Below are positions 54,816-64,000 of a DNA stretch of 64,000 bases, in pieces (the stretch's first letter is position 1; each line of letters opens with the position of its first letter). Location: contig NC_092354.1 in NCBI RefSeq assembly GCF_963676685.1, forward strand, positions 73,098,001 to 73,162,000. Reading direction: 5' to 3'. Under the pieces are notes generated by a model. The model saw nothing but the letters and a program-made list of their open reading frames with translations. It had not been told where the DNA came from and did not search any database. Source of the stretch: Mytilus edulis (taxonomy: Eukaryota). The position numbers and the translations under genes were made by a program.

Positions 54816-54953
54816 CGTGCTATAATTGTTTTATAATTGTTTTACTTCATTTGAGGTGACTTATAGGTCCATTGGGCCGGGTGTATTACTATTTATCATA
54901 TATTATATGTTTATAATCTGTACATAATTTACACATGTCACTATAATAAATAA

Positions 54954-54986
<33 letters not shown>
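54816..54986 (+). mobile_element. 5'-truncated LINE 3' end with (TTAC)n tail
   Basis: aataaa followed by (ttac)n; absent from the sister tandem unit at ~57095. Confidence 0.6.
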
Positions 54987-54987
<1 letters not shown>

Positions 54988-55780
54988 GAAGATGGGTTAT
55001 AGGAATAGCAAAGAAAGATGGTATGTATATTTAAATTGCAGATTTGATTACGTAAGACACATGATCAGATGACGGGGCTATATATATATAACACGATTTT
55101 TTTTTAAATTTTGTATTGATTTGAACCACGAGTAAACTATAGTGTTTAGTATTGAAGAACAGAATCTAGGTACTGAAGCTGTTTGTCATCTTGATAACGT
55201 AGTATGGTGTTCTTTGGATTGTCTTTGTAGACAATTAACCGTTGCGGTAAGTTAATTTCGGTAATATCCTTTTAGCATGGCTCGGTACTTATGCATCCCG
55301 CAAATGTGTTTGTCTTTAATGGTTTCGGTTCTTACATTTTATTAAAAATCCCCTATCACAATAACGTCAGCAAAACTCTTTGAAGATCGTCAGACTAAGA
55401 CTAATGATTAAATTAACCTACCATAATACTCTGTTCTCATGCCATCACATATAATGGGTTATAAGAATAGCAAATAATGATGATGTGTATATTTTTTATT
55501 TTCGGAGCTTAAATGTCTTACTAATTTGATTACTAAAGACAGACTAATGTACATATGACGGGGCTATGTTTGATTTTTTATACTGCTTATTCAGTCAGGT
55601 AAACACTATTCAAATTTTGCCATTTAGCATTCGTTGTACTAAAATTTATGAATATTGCATGACTGTCTGGACCAAAAGGTCTAGGAAAGTACTTTGGTTT
55701 CAACGAAAGTTCAGTATCACGCAACGAGTACAACAGTAAAATTCGTCGTCTAACAATGATTAATTATTAAGTCAACCTAC

Positions 55781-55840
55781 CATAATACTCTGTACTAGTA
55801 CCATTAACTCTCATTCCGTCACCTGGCGTAGTATTGCCAC
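55781..55840 (-). CDS. Stalk micro-exon GGNTTPGDGMRVNGTSTEYY
   Basis: atgacag acceptor, gtaggt donor, 60 bp, phase 1-1. Confidence 0.65.
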
Positions 55841-55998
55841 CTGTCATAGGATGAATAGTGTGTAATGCTTTAAAAAAATTATCACTTTTCAAATGTACAC
55901 TGATCAACTGCATAAAGCAGACATATTTCTTATATAAAAAGATGATTTTTTTTTATTGAAATGACGTTTATGATTATTTTGACATGTTCCAAATTTAA

Positions 55999-56688
55999 GG
56001 TAGCACAATACAAAGATTATCTAATTTTAACACCCAAGTTTTAAAATGCTGTTACTTCCTTAATAATGCTTGAAAATTTATAAAAGTGGTAGGTTTGGAT
56101 AGTTAACAGACTACTCTTTCAAATTAATGCAATGTTAGTATTATTCAACAATTATGTAACCAATTATAATGTTAACTGTCTCTAAAACTTTTCATCAAAT
56201 GAAATTAGATTCTGCATAGGTATCCCTAGAGGGTTGATTTTTTTATATGTTATTCCTATGGCCATTATCTACAAAAGGGTGTCTCAGATTTAGATAGAAT
56301 GTATAGAACAAATTTTACACCTAAGCAAACACTATCTGCTTTTAGGTGGTTATGATGTTTACACTAATTAGAGATTTATGAGATAATGGAATACCATAGA
56401 GACAATCTGAGACACCCTTTTGAAGCCCATGATATGTTGATTAAGATTTCGTTAAAATTTCCGTATAGTTAAAGAGATGATAGAGCTAAATTCATTCAAG
56501 TGAACTACCCAAATTTTGCCACTAATTACATAATAATTGCATAATAAAAATATTGCAACCATTTAAAAGATTAATCTTTTATCTATCTATATATACCTCT
56601 TTTATTATTTTCTATGCATTCATAAGAAAGTTACAGCATTTTAAAGGTTAGTGATTGGAGGTAAAATAAATCTTTGTATTGTGCTACC
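55999..56688. mobile_element. TTAA-targeting MITE (Kolobok-like, GG..CC termini)
   Basis: 20-bp TIR ggtagcacaatacaaagatt, TTAA on both sides, internal inverted repeat aaaagggtgtctcagatt. Confidence 0.85.
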
Positions 56689-56863
56689 TTAAAAGATTAT
56701 TTCTATTGAAACGACATCTATTATTGTTTGGAGATACATGTGGAGATCGAAATGGCCGCCTCATACAGATGATGGGTAATACGGAAAGCACAACAAGATG
56801 ATATTTTAAAAAATGCAAAGTTTAAAGGTCCTGAAAATTTGATTAATTATTAAATCAACCTAC

Positions 56864-56923
56864 CATAATATTCTGTGCTAGTGTCATCAATTCTCATGTC
56901 ATCACCTGGTGTAGTATTGCCAT
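56864..56923 (-). CDS. Stalk micro-exon DGNTTPGDDMRIDDTSTEYY
   Basis: atgacag acceptor, gtaggt donor, 60 bp, phase 1-1. Confidence 0.65.
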
Positions 56924-57492
56924 CTGTCATAGGATGAATAGTGTTAAACGCTTTAAAAAAATATTCACTTTTCAAATGTACATTGACCAACTGTATAAAG
57001 CAGACATATTTCTAAAATTAAAAGATGATTTTTTTGTTTTATTGAAATGACGTTTATGATTATTTTGAGATACATATGCAGAAATTAATTACCACAACAT
57101 GCAGGTGATAGGTTATGGAATAGCAAAGAGATATGGTATGTTTATTTATAATGCAGAGTTTAAAGGTCCTGCTGATTTGATTACGTAAGACACATGATCA
57201 TATAACAGGGCTATATGGATAAAAGAATTAAAAACACATTTTTTTTACTGCTTTGATTCTCAGGTAAATTTATATAAAACTAAAGTACTGATTCTGGGTA
57301 CTATCGTTGTTTATCATCTTAATAACGTATTATGGTGACTCATTTATTTGTCTTTGTAGATTATTAACCCTTCCTTTAAGTCAATTTTGGTAATATCCGT
57401 TTGGCAGAGCTCGGTACTTATGAATCCCGCCAATGTGTTGCTTCTCAACTGTTTTGGTTCTTATACATTCTTGGTATCAAATATTTGGCTCG

Positions 57493-57880
57493 AAAAAGAG
57501 GAACGAAAGATACCAGAGTGACAGTCAAACTCATAAATCGTAAAACCTGACAACGGAATGGCTTAAAATGAAAAAGACAAACAGAAAAACAATAGTACAC
57601 TTGACACAACATAGAAAACTAAAGAATAAGCAACACAAACCCCACCAAAAACTAGGGATGATCTCAGATGCTCCGGAAGGGTAAGCAAATGTTCCACATG
57701 TGACACTCATGTTATAACAAATCCGGTAAATTGTCTTATTCGGTAGGTCACATTTATGAAAGGGATGGTGATTGTAGTTACAACGTCAGGAACATATCCG
57801 ATAGCATCTGTGAAACTGTTATTCCATAATTGACGATGGGATGTTTTCAACTACACCATTTGGAACTCTTGGTTTAATAG
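57493..57880 (-). mobile_element. Penelope-like element: RT C-terminus and 3' region (distal half, split by DIRS)
   Basis: Minus strand reads LLNQEFQMV*LK..YGITVSQMLSDMFLT, continuing the 62754-62958 fragment. Confidence 0.75.
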
Positions 57881-58073
57881 TTCCAAAACTAAACGAGACT
57901 TACCTTGGTAAAAGTTGAAGTTCAGTTGGAATTTAACGTAGTCATCTTTAGTTGTAGGGATCAGATGAGATGTTCGTGCGCATGTGTAGCTTCAGTCTTC
58001 AAAGTCGAAGGGTTTGTGCATACAAAAGTACTAAGTACAACATCACAAAAAAGAGGGAGGGATATCGGGAGGG

Positions 58074-58197
58074 CATCTGATCCCTACAACTAAAGATGAC
58101 TACGTTAAATTCCAACTGAACTTCAACTTTTACCAAGGTAAGTCTCGTTTAGTTTTGGAATTTAACTACGTCATCCCGTTTCCGGGACCAGATGAGA
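58074..58197. repeat. DIRS internal complementary region (ICR)
   Basis: 58074-58160 is the reverse complement of 57881-57967; 58161-58197 is the reverse complement of 62715-62751. Confidence 0.95.
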
Positions 58198-58310
58198 CTT
58201 CAAAGAGCACAAGCCCTGAGATAAGTCAAAAAGTTATATTAAAAACCTCCAAAAAAAAAAAACAACAAATATATCCCTCCTATATACAAAGTTCATTTAC
58301 AAATAAAGTT

Positions 58311-59480
58311 CTATGTACTCAGAACAGCTCTCTGAAAACGTTGTTCATCTGACTCGATCGGCTTCTTGTAGAATTTAGCAAAAGTCTTTTCACTGGTCCA
58401 ACCAGCTCTTCGTAAAATACATTCCACAGGAATCAGATTATGGAAAGCCTTAGAAACAACTGCTGATCTAGCGCTATGCGAAGAATAAGATTTTAAATTA
58501 ATTCCTGATTTAGACATCACAGTTTTGATCCATCTGCTAATTGTTTCTCTTGAAACGGCTTTAAACGGTTTCACATAACTTATAAAAAGTTTCTGACTAT
58601 TACCACGAGCTTGAGCTGTTCTCATCAAATATTCTTTTAAAACAGTAAAAACACACAATCTCCTATCTGGAGGATAAGCAAAAAGTTCAACAAAATGTAC
58701 ATTAAACCCAGGTCTATTCTGTTTTAATAAACCTGAATAAAACAAAGTATAACTATCCTTTCCTTTAACTAAATTGTCTAAACATAGCAAAAACAACGAC
58801 TGTGTCCTACAAGCCGTGGATAAAACAATTAACATTACTAACTTCAATGTTAAATCTTTCAACGAAATATATTTTACGGGAGATAACTTCCGTAAAAAAT
58901 TAAAAACTTTAGATACGTCCCAAGTTTCACTATATCTAGGTTCTGAAGGTCGCAAATTATAAACACCTTTTAAAAATCTGATGATTGTAGCGTTAGAGCC
59001 AACTGTCACTCCATTAAACATTATTCCTAAGGCTGACAATGCAGATCTTGCACAATTTATCGTACTATAACTTAATCCTTTATCAAAAAGCACTGTTAAA
59101 AAATCTAAGACTTCATTTAAAGCTGGTTGAAGTGGATCAATTTTCCTTTTACTACAGAAACGGAACCATTGCTTGACATAAGTTGAGTATTGCTTTTTCG
59201 TACTGTCTCGCCAAGACGCCAAAATGATTTTGGAAGCCTTGTCTGAAATGCCTTGGTTTTCCAAATTTTTCCTGATAACCGACAAGCAAGAAACTTTAAC
59301 TGATTGTGAAGAGGATGAATCTTTTCCGTTCCTGGAATGGACAGAAGTCTTTTCTTTCGAGGCAACATTTTTGGAAAGTCTATCAACATTTCTAGTAAAA
59401 CTGGATACCATGCCTGAGTCGGCCATAATGGTACAATCATCAGAACCTCTGCACTGTCTTTCTGAACTTTCTGTAAACAT
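58311..59480 (-). CDS. DIRS tyrosine recombinase
   Basis: 389-aa ORF; catalytic-type motifs TACRTQ, SHSARS, AGW, FAKFY; overlaps the pol 3' end. Confidence 0.95.
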   Translation of the reverse strand: MFTESSERQCRGSDDCTIMADSGMVSSFTRNVDRLSKNVASKEKTSVHSRNGKDSSSSQSVKVSCLSVIRKNLENQGISDKASKIILASWRDSTKKQYSTYVKQWFRFCSKRKIDPLQPALNEVLDFLTVLFDKGLSYSTINCARSALSALGIMFNGVTVGSNATIIRFLKGVYNLRPSEPRYSETWDVSKVFNFLRKLSPVKYISLKDLTLKLVMLIVLSTACRTQSLFLLCLDNLVKGKDSYTLFYSGLLKQNRPGFNVHFVELFAYPPDRRLCVFTVLKEYLMRTAQARGNSQKLFISYVKPFKAVSRETISRWIKTVMSKSGINLKSYSSHSARSAVVSKAFHNLIPVECILRRAGWTSEKTFAKFYKKPIESDEQRFQRAVLST

Positions 59481-61126
59481 CTACTAATTACAGAAAAAGG
59501 GGGAAAAAGATAATAAAATACCTCATCAGACCATAAAATACTAAAAGCATTTACAAATACTGCCTCAGGGTCAGGTTTCCACGACGAGAAACTCTTAACT
59601 TGACAATTTAATCTAGAGGCAAATAAATCATGGTCTGGAGTACCCCAAATCTCCACTAATTTATGGAAAACTTGCTTATCAAGCATCCACTCTAAATGAT
59701 CGTCAATTTTTCTTGATTCAACATCTGCAGCGTTATATTTACCAGGAATATGTTCTACTGAAATCCATATATTTCTTTCAATACACCAAACCCACAAAAG
59801 TTTGGTTATTTCATTCATTTGCTTGGATTTTATACCACCCATATTGTTAACATAAGCAATTGCACTAGAATTGTCACAAAAAATCTTCACATGTATATCT
59901 GAATAATTTTTACAAAAAGCCTTCAGAGTATAAGAAATGGCTAACAATTCCAGAACATTTATGTGATAAGTTTGCTCAACATCATTCCATCTTCCTTGAA
60001 TTTTTTGGTCTTTAAATAAAGCACCCCAGCCTTTTAATGAGGCGTCAGTTGTCATAGAAAAATCTGGATTTTTCCTATTAATGACTCTTTTCTGACAATG
60101 TAAGTTTTCAACCCACCATTTTAAATCTGCTTTCATGGCAAATGTTATAGTCATATTTTGATCAAAATTCCCAAATGAAAATTTTAAAGCCTGAATCTTT
60201 TCAATTTCTAAATTTCTGTAATATAAATGACCAAAATCCACAGCTGAAAGAGTGGATATTAGCAAGCCTATAACATGGGCAACTAACCGTATACTAGCTA
60301 CGTTTTTCTTGATCAGATTCTGACATTCTAATACAATTTTTTCTACTTTTTCTTTTGGCAACACAACTGTCATAGATACAGAATCAATAATATTGCCTAA
60401 AAAGACAATTTGTTTAGCAGGCTTGAACACAGATTTTCTTTCATGAATTATAAAACCAAGCCACTCCATTAAATCATTAGTATTTTGTACATTTTCTATG
60501 CACTCATCTTCAGTATCTCCAAGCAAAAGAGAGTCATCAATATAAGCTACATTCATATAACCAAATTGCCGTAAAGTTGCAAAAACAGGCTTCATTAACT
60601 TTGTAAAGATTCTAGGTGCTGATAGCAAACCATTTGGTAAACAGGTATATTGAAAAAAAGTGTTTTTCCATATAAAACGTAATAGTTTCTGATGTTCCTC
60701 TGCTATAGGAACAGAATAATATGCATGACGCAAATCAATTGAACTGAAAAAACAATTTGGTTTCACCAATTTTAAAGCCATTTCAAAAGTGTCCATCTTG
60801 AAATGATGGGGAATAATACATTTATTCAATTCTTTTAAATTAAGAATCACTCTATGCTCATTTGTATTTATCTTTGGAACTGTAAAAATTGGAGATATAT
60901 ATTGATCTGTATCAAATTTAACTTCCACTATTACACCTAATTTTTTCAAATTTTCTATTTCGTCATTTATAATCTTTTCCTGGCCTTTATCAAAAATTCT
61001 TTGATATGGTGTGAGACTTTGAGTGGGTATTGAATTATCAATAAATTCAAGGTGACAGTGTTGAACTGTATCCAAAATAAATTTATCAGAAGTAATTTTT
61101 TGCCAGTTTTCAACATAATTTTTCAA
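59117..61126 (-). CDS. DIRS pol: reverse transcriptase - RNase H - adenine methyltransferase-like domain
   Basis: IDLRHAY, CLPNG, YIDD, TTDASLKGWG, HINVLELLA, CDNSSA, DLFAS, YLFPPF. The frame stays open upstream to ~61240 without an ATG. Confidence 0.95.
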   Translation of the reverse strand: MKNYVENWQKITSDKFILDTVQHCHLEFIDNSIPTQSLTPYQRIFDKGQEKIINDEIENLKKLGVIVEVKFDTDQYISPIFTVPKINTNEHRVILNLKELNKCIIPHHFKMDTFEMALKLVKPNCFFSSIDLRHAYYSVPIAEEHQKLLRFIWKNTFFQYTCLPNGLLSAPRIFTKLMKPVFATLRQFGYMNVAYIDDSLLLGDTEDECIENVQNTNDLMEWLGFIIHERKSVFKPAKQIVFLGNIIDSVSMTVVLPKEKVEKIVLECQNLIKKNVASIRLVAHVIGLLISTLSAVDFGHLYYRNLEIEKIQALKFSFGNFDQNMTITFAMKADLKWWVENLHCQKRVINRKNPDFSMTTDASLKGWGALFKDQKIQGRWNDVEQTYHINVLELLAISYTLKAFCKNYSDIHVKIFCDNSSAIAYVNNMGGIKSKQMNEITKLLWVWCIERNIWISVEHIPGKYNAADVESRKIDDHLEWMLDKQVFHKLVEIWGTPDHDLFASRLNCQVKSFSSWKPDPEAVFVNAFSILWSDEVFYYLFPPFSVISRCLQKVQKDSAEVLMIVPLWPTQAWYPVLLEMLIDFPKMLPRKKRLLSIPGTEKIHPLHNQLKFLACRLSGKIWKTKAFQTRLPKSFWRLGETVRKSNTQLMSSNGSVSVVKGKLIHFNQL

Positions 61127-61188
61127 TCTACCTGCTGTAAAAGGTTTGATATCAGAGACACCCGCTAAACTTACCTGTTTAGCATAAT

Positions 61189-62466
61189 TTACTTCCTCAG
61201 GAAACTTGGAACACCTCTCAAGTTTTTTGAACCACCTTGATCATTTGAATACTGGCCTCTACCGCCGTAACCACGGCCTCGACCACCTCTGTATCCACCA
61301 CGACGAGACCCTGCACGGCCTCTACCAAAACCTCGTCCTCTACCAAAACTACCTCCTCGAGAAAAACCATTTCCTCTACCTCTTGCATTATTATTATTAT
61401 TTAAATTTCGACCAAGTCTGTTCATGTCTTGAATTTCTTTCGACTTTTGATGGACATTGTCACCATAAAGCATGTCAGTGAAAGGAATTGAGGGTGAACT
61501 TAAATGATGATATTCAGGACTTAAATCAAATCTTTGATATTCCTTTCTTTTTATATTAGTCATCTTGTTATATTGTGACAGTAAAGCTATGGAATCAATC
61601 CCCAAATCTATGCAAGACTGCATTTCTTGTTGACAGTCGTCACCCAATTCAGATTTTAGTTTGCACAACATATTTAATAATTTTGTAATGTTACATGATG
61701 CTTTAACAACAGTCTCTTGATGTTGTTGTATGACCGAATCAAAAGATCTAGTTTGAGGAGAGAGTAAATCCCAAATGAGCTGATTTACTCTAGTCCTTGT
61801 AAGAGAAACACAATTCTCTGGTCTAGCTACTGATTTCATCAGTTCATTGTATTTTTCATCAGATATTCCCTCACGGAAAAATTCATTAACCGTGTCAGCT
61901 AAAGTGTCATCTACACTTGTATCAACATTATCTTTTGACCTATAAGCTTGAGCAGCAGCTTTAAAAACATTGTCACCCTCTTTGTCAACAGTTTTTTGTT
62001 TTTTAGCTGGAGGTTCTGCAACCTCAGTATCACCAACATGATCATTATTGTCATTATTATTTTCATCATAAACCTCAGGGTCTGCACCCTGGCTTTCATC
62101 GTAACCCTCAGGCTCAACGTAATACAATTCGTCGACCATCGACTTGAGAGACACAAAATCAGTTTTTTGGGAACTCTGTTCCTGTTGCATGTTCTTCAGA
62201 ACTGAAAAAACCTCAGCTAAAGTGGGCTCTTTACTAGCTTCGCCAGTATTTTGACTCAGACCTTTAAGTCTTGAAGCAACAGTTCCGGCCTCGCCGGAGC
62301 TGACAATTTTTGCACCACTACTACAACTATTTGTATCGTCATTCTTTGAACGAGAATCATCACCGGATGATTTTCTTTTAGGATTTTTACCTTTTGCCTC
62401 ATTTGAAGCACTTGAACCTTTCTTCAAGGATTTTGAATCAGTTTTCGAGAGCATGGCATCCGCCAT
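61189..62466 (-). CDS. DIRS Gag-like protein with RGG-rich C-terminus
   Basis: 425-aa ORF first in the element; RPENC..L...RVN..IW, LYGD, GRG repeats. Confidence 0.9.
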   Translation of the reverse strand: MADAMLSKTDSKSLKKGSSASNEAKGKNPKRKSSGDDSRSKNDDTNSCSSGAKIVSSGEAGTVASRLKGLSQNTGEASKEPTLAEVFSVLKNMQQEQSSQKTDFVSLKSMVDELYYVEPEGYDESQGADPEVYDENNNDNNDHVGDTEVAEPPAKKQKTVDKEGDNVFKAAAQAYRSKDNVDTSVDDTLADTVNEFFREGISDEKYNELMKSVARPENCVSLTRTRVNQLIWDLLSPQTRSFDSVIQQHQETVVKASCNITKLLNMLCKLKSELGDDCQQEMQSCIDLGIDSIALLSQYNKMTNIKRKEYQRFDLSPEYHHLSSPSIPFTDMLYGDNVHQKSKEIQDMNRLGRNLNNNNNARGRGNGFSRGGSFGRGRGFGRGRAGSRRGGYRGGRGRGYGGRGQYSNDQGGSKNLRGVPSFLRK

Positions 62467-62753
62467 TGTTTACACCAAAAAATATCAACTGCCGTAAAAC
62501 GGTCTATTTATCGTAAATTTACAACAGAGAAAAATATAAAAAAAATTAATATAAACAATAAACCCCTCGAGTTTATTTACATATTAAACAACAAAAAAAT
62601 AACTACCTCGTAGTTATTGTGATAAAATATTTCATTATAGAAGCTACAATTACAGACCACGTCTGCCTTCTATGAAATAAAGCTACGAACTGAAGCTACA
62701 CATGCGCACGAACATCTCATCTGGTCCCGGAAACGGGATGACGTAGTTAAATT

Positions 62754-62958
62754 TCCTTGTGAGCAGGAAACCTCTATCAAGAAAATCATGATAGGAGATA
62801 CAATCCCAGGAATATCGTATCAATTGGAAGATGTATGCAGGAGCTGCCGGAATGTTGCTACTTAGAAATGGAACGTTCACAATTGGAAAGTTGAAATAAT
62901 CTCTTTTGTCGTAATGTTTTGTTTTTAACCGACCCTCATTGTCAATTTCTAGATGCAA
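62754..62958 (-). mobile_element. Penelope-like element RT thumb fragment (proximal half, 5'-truncated)
   Basis: HLEIDNEGRLKTKHYDKRDYFNFPIVNVPFLSSNIPAAPAY..QLIRYS..FLDRG.LLTRK. Confidence 0.8.
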
Positions 62959-63000
62959 GTTTTCCTGATGAAGAATGATCCAGAAATGTGCATCGGACGT
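62959..63000 (+). ncRNA. Degenerate minimal type I hammerhead-ribozyme-like motif
   Basis: ctgatga (62965-62971) .. gaaa (62983-62986) .. short near-palindromic stem, atc cleavage-type triplet, then ggacg; PLE context. Confidence 0.4.
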
Positions 63001-63551
63001 ATATGACTCTTTTACGTGTTATTTTTTAATTTTCTGTTGTTCTGTGGTCATTTTTTAGTATGCCTATGTGCTTTGTCTGTATGCTTTTTGATTGTTCCTG
63101 GCTGATATATTTGTTTGCTTTGATAGTGATTAAACTTTTAACACAATGTTGACTTCTGTGTCTTTTTTTTGACAACTTTACCTTTTATGTCTGTTTTTTT
63201 CACATATTGTTGTCGATATAATGGAATGTTATGCGTCTGTCATACAAGCAAGAGGTGCATCTAGGTAGACAACCAGGTTTAACCGAACATGTTATACATT
63301 AGGTAATGATTGTGCCGAGTTAAGAATATAACAGTTTTGTTTTCCCATTCCTTTGATATGTTTAAACTTTGATTTTAAAATTTGATATCGAATTTTTCGA
63401 CTGTAATTTTTCTTGCAGTTCGTTTCTTTTGGAATTTCTATTATGTATATGCAAATTTTGCCATTTATCACTCATTTTACTAAAAATGATGAATACATAT
63501 TTCGAATGTCTGAATCTAAATGCTCAAGGAAGTACTTTGGATTTAATTCTA

Positions 63552-63648
63552 GGTTAGACAATACTTGGTCATGTTTTATGAATATTTAAGCCCAAGGCGA
63601 AGCCGAGGGCTAAAATGTTTAAAAAACATGACCAATAATTGTCTGACC
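63552..63648. repeat. Imperfect fold-back palindrome with ggcgaagcc centre
   Basis: Arms ggttagacaat..ttggtcatgttt..agccc and gggct..aaacatgaccaa..attgtctgacc. Confidence 0.7.
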
Positions 63649-64000
63649 AATTTAGAACATATTCACACTTTCGAGTGACCTTACAAAATTAGTCTTTCCT
63701 ATTGTTATATTCAAACCTAAATAAGAGTTCACTTTTATAATGAAATAAATGTAAAACATAGGTAATGATCATTTCGATGGATGGAATGAAATAGCACTGA
63801 CATAGTCTGTGATGATCAAAAGGATAAATTGTTTTTTTTATCTGCTTCATGTAAAATTTAATACTTATATATCTTGAGATTTTTTTATTTCAAAAAGCAC
63901 ACAATGTTATATAAATCCCCTTTTTGAAATTATAATTTGTTTTATATAATTGGATGTTTAACTATTTAGATTCAGACCATTCAACATTAGATATAAAAAA

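Larger units (their letters stand above)
57881..62753 (-). mobile_element. Full-length DIRS1-type tyrosine-recombinase retrotransposon
   Basis: Intact gag, RT-RH-MT and YR ORFs; 35-bp perfect ITR core (57962-57996 / 62689-62723); ICR at 58074-58197 complementary to both ends; no TSD. Confidence 0.95.

Noticed and set aside
59400-59660. Bacterial/phage Dam methylase plus integrase as a horizontal transfer or prophage
   Set aside because: Both are normal components of DIRS1-type retrotransposons.

Overview
AT-rich, intron-containing invertebrate genomic DNA. The repeat families look like those of mussels (Mytilus-type bivalve); this is inferred, not searched. There are no prokaryotic features. 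Four host genes can be reconstructed by hand from splice sites. (1) A divergent FGF-like/beta-trefoil gene (+, ~6.5-8.6 kb). (2) A probably decaying minus-strand gene with tandemly duplicated SUEL/Gal-lectin-like exons and a His/Thr/Asn-rich repeat exon (16.3-21.5 kb). (3) The main finding: an intact 11-exon plus-strand gene (30265-40209, 491 aa) for a type I membrane protein with a signal peptide, two Sushi/CCP domains, a TM helix, three cytoplasmic CIDE-N-like domains and a Tyr-motif tail, an architecture I do not recognise. (4) The 3' part of a convergent minus-strand membrane-protein gene (44547 to at least 56923) with duplicated stalk micro-exons and a Tyr-rich tail. Mobile DNA includes a degenerate Ngaro-type tyrosine-recombinase retrotransposon, a degenerate BEL/Pao LTR element with two nested MITEs, and a structurally complete DIRS1-type element (three intact ORFs, ITRs, ICR) nested in a Penelope-like fragment. 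There are also Tc1, Harbinger, hAT and TTAA MITEs, tRNA-derived SINEs and Helentron-like repeats.
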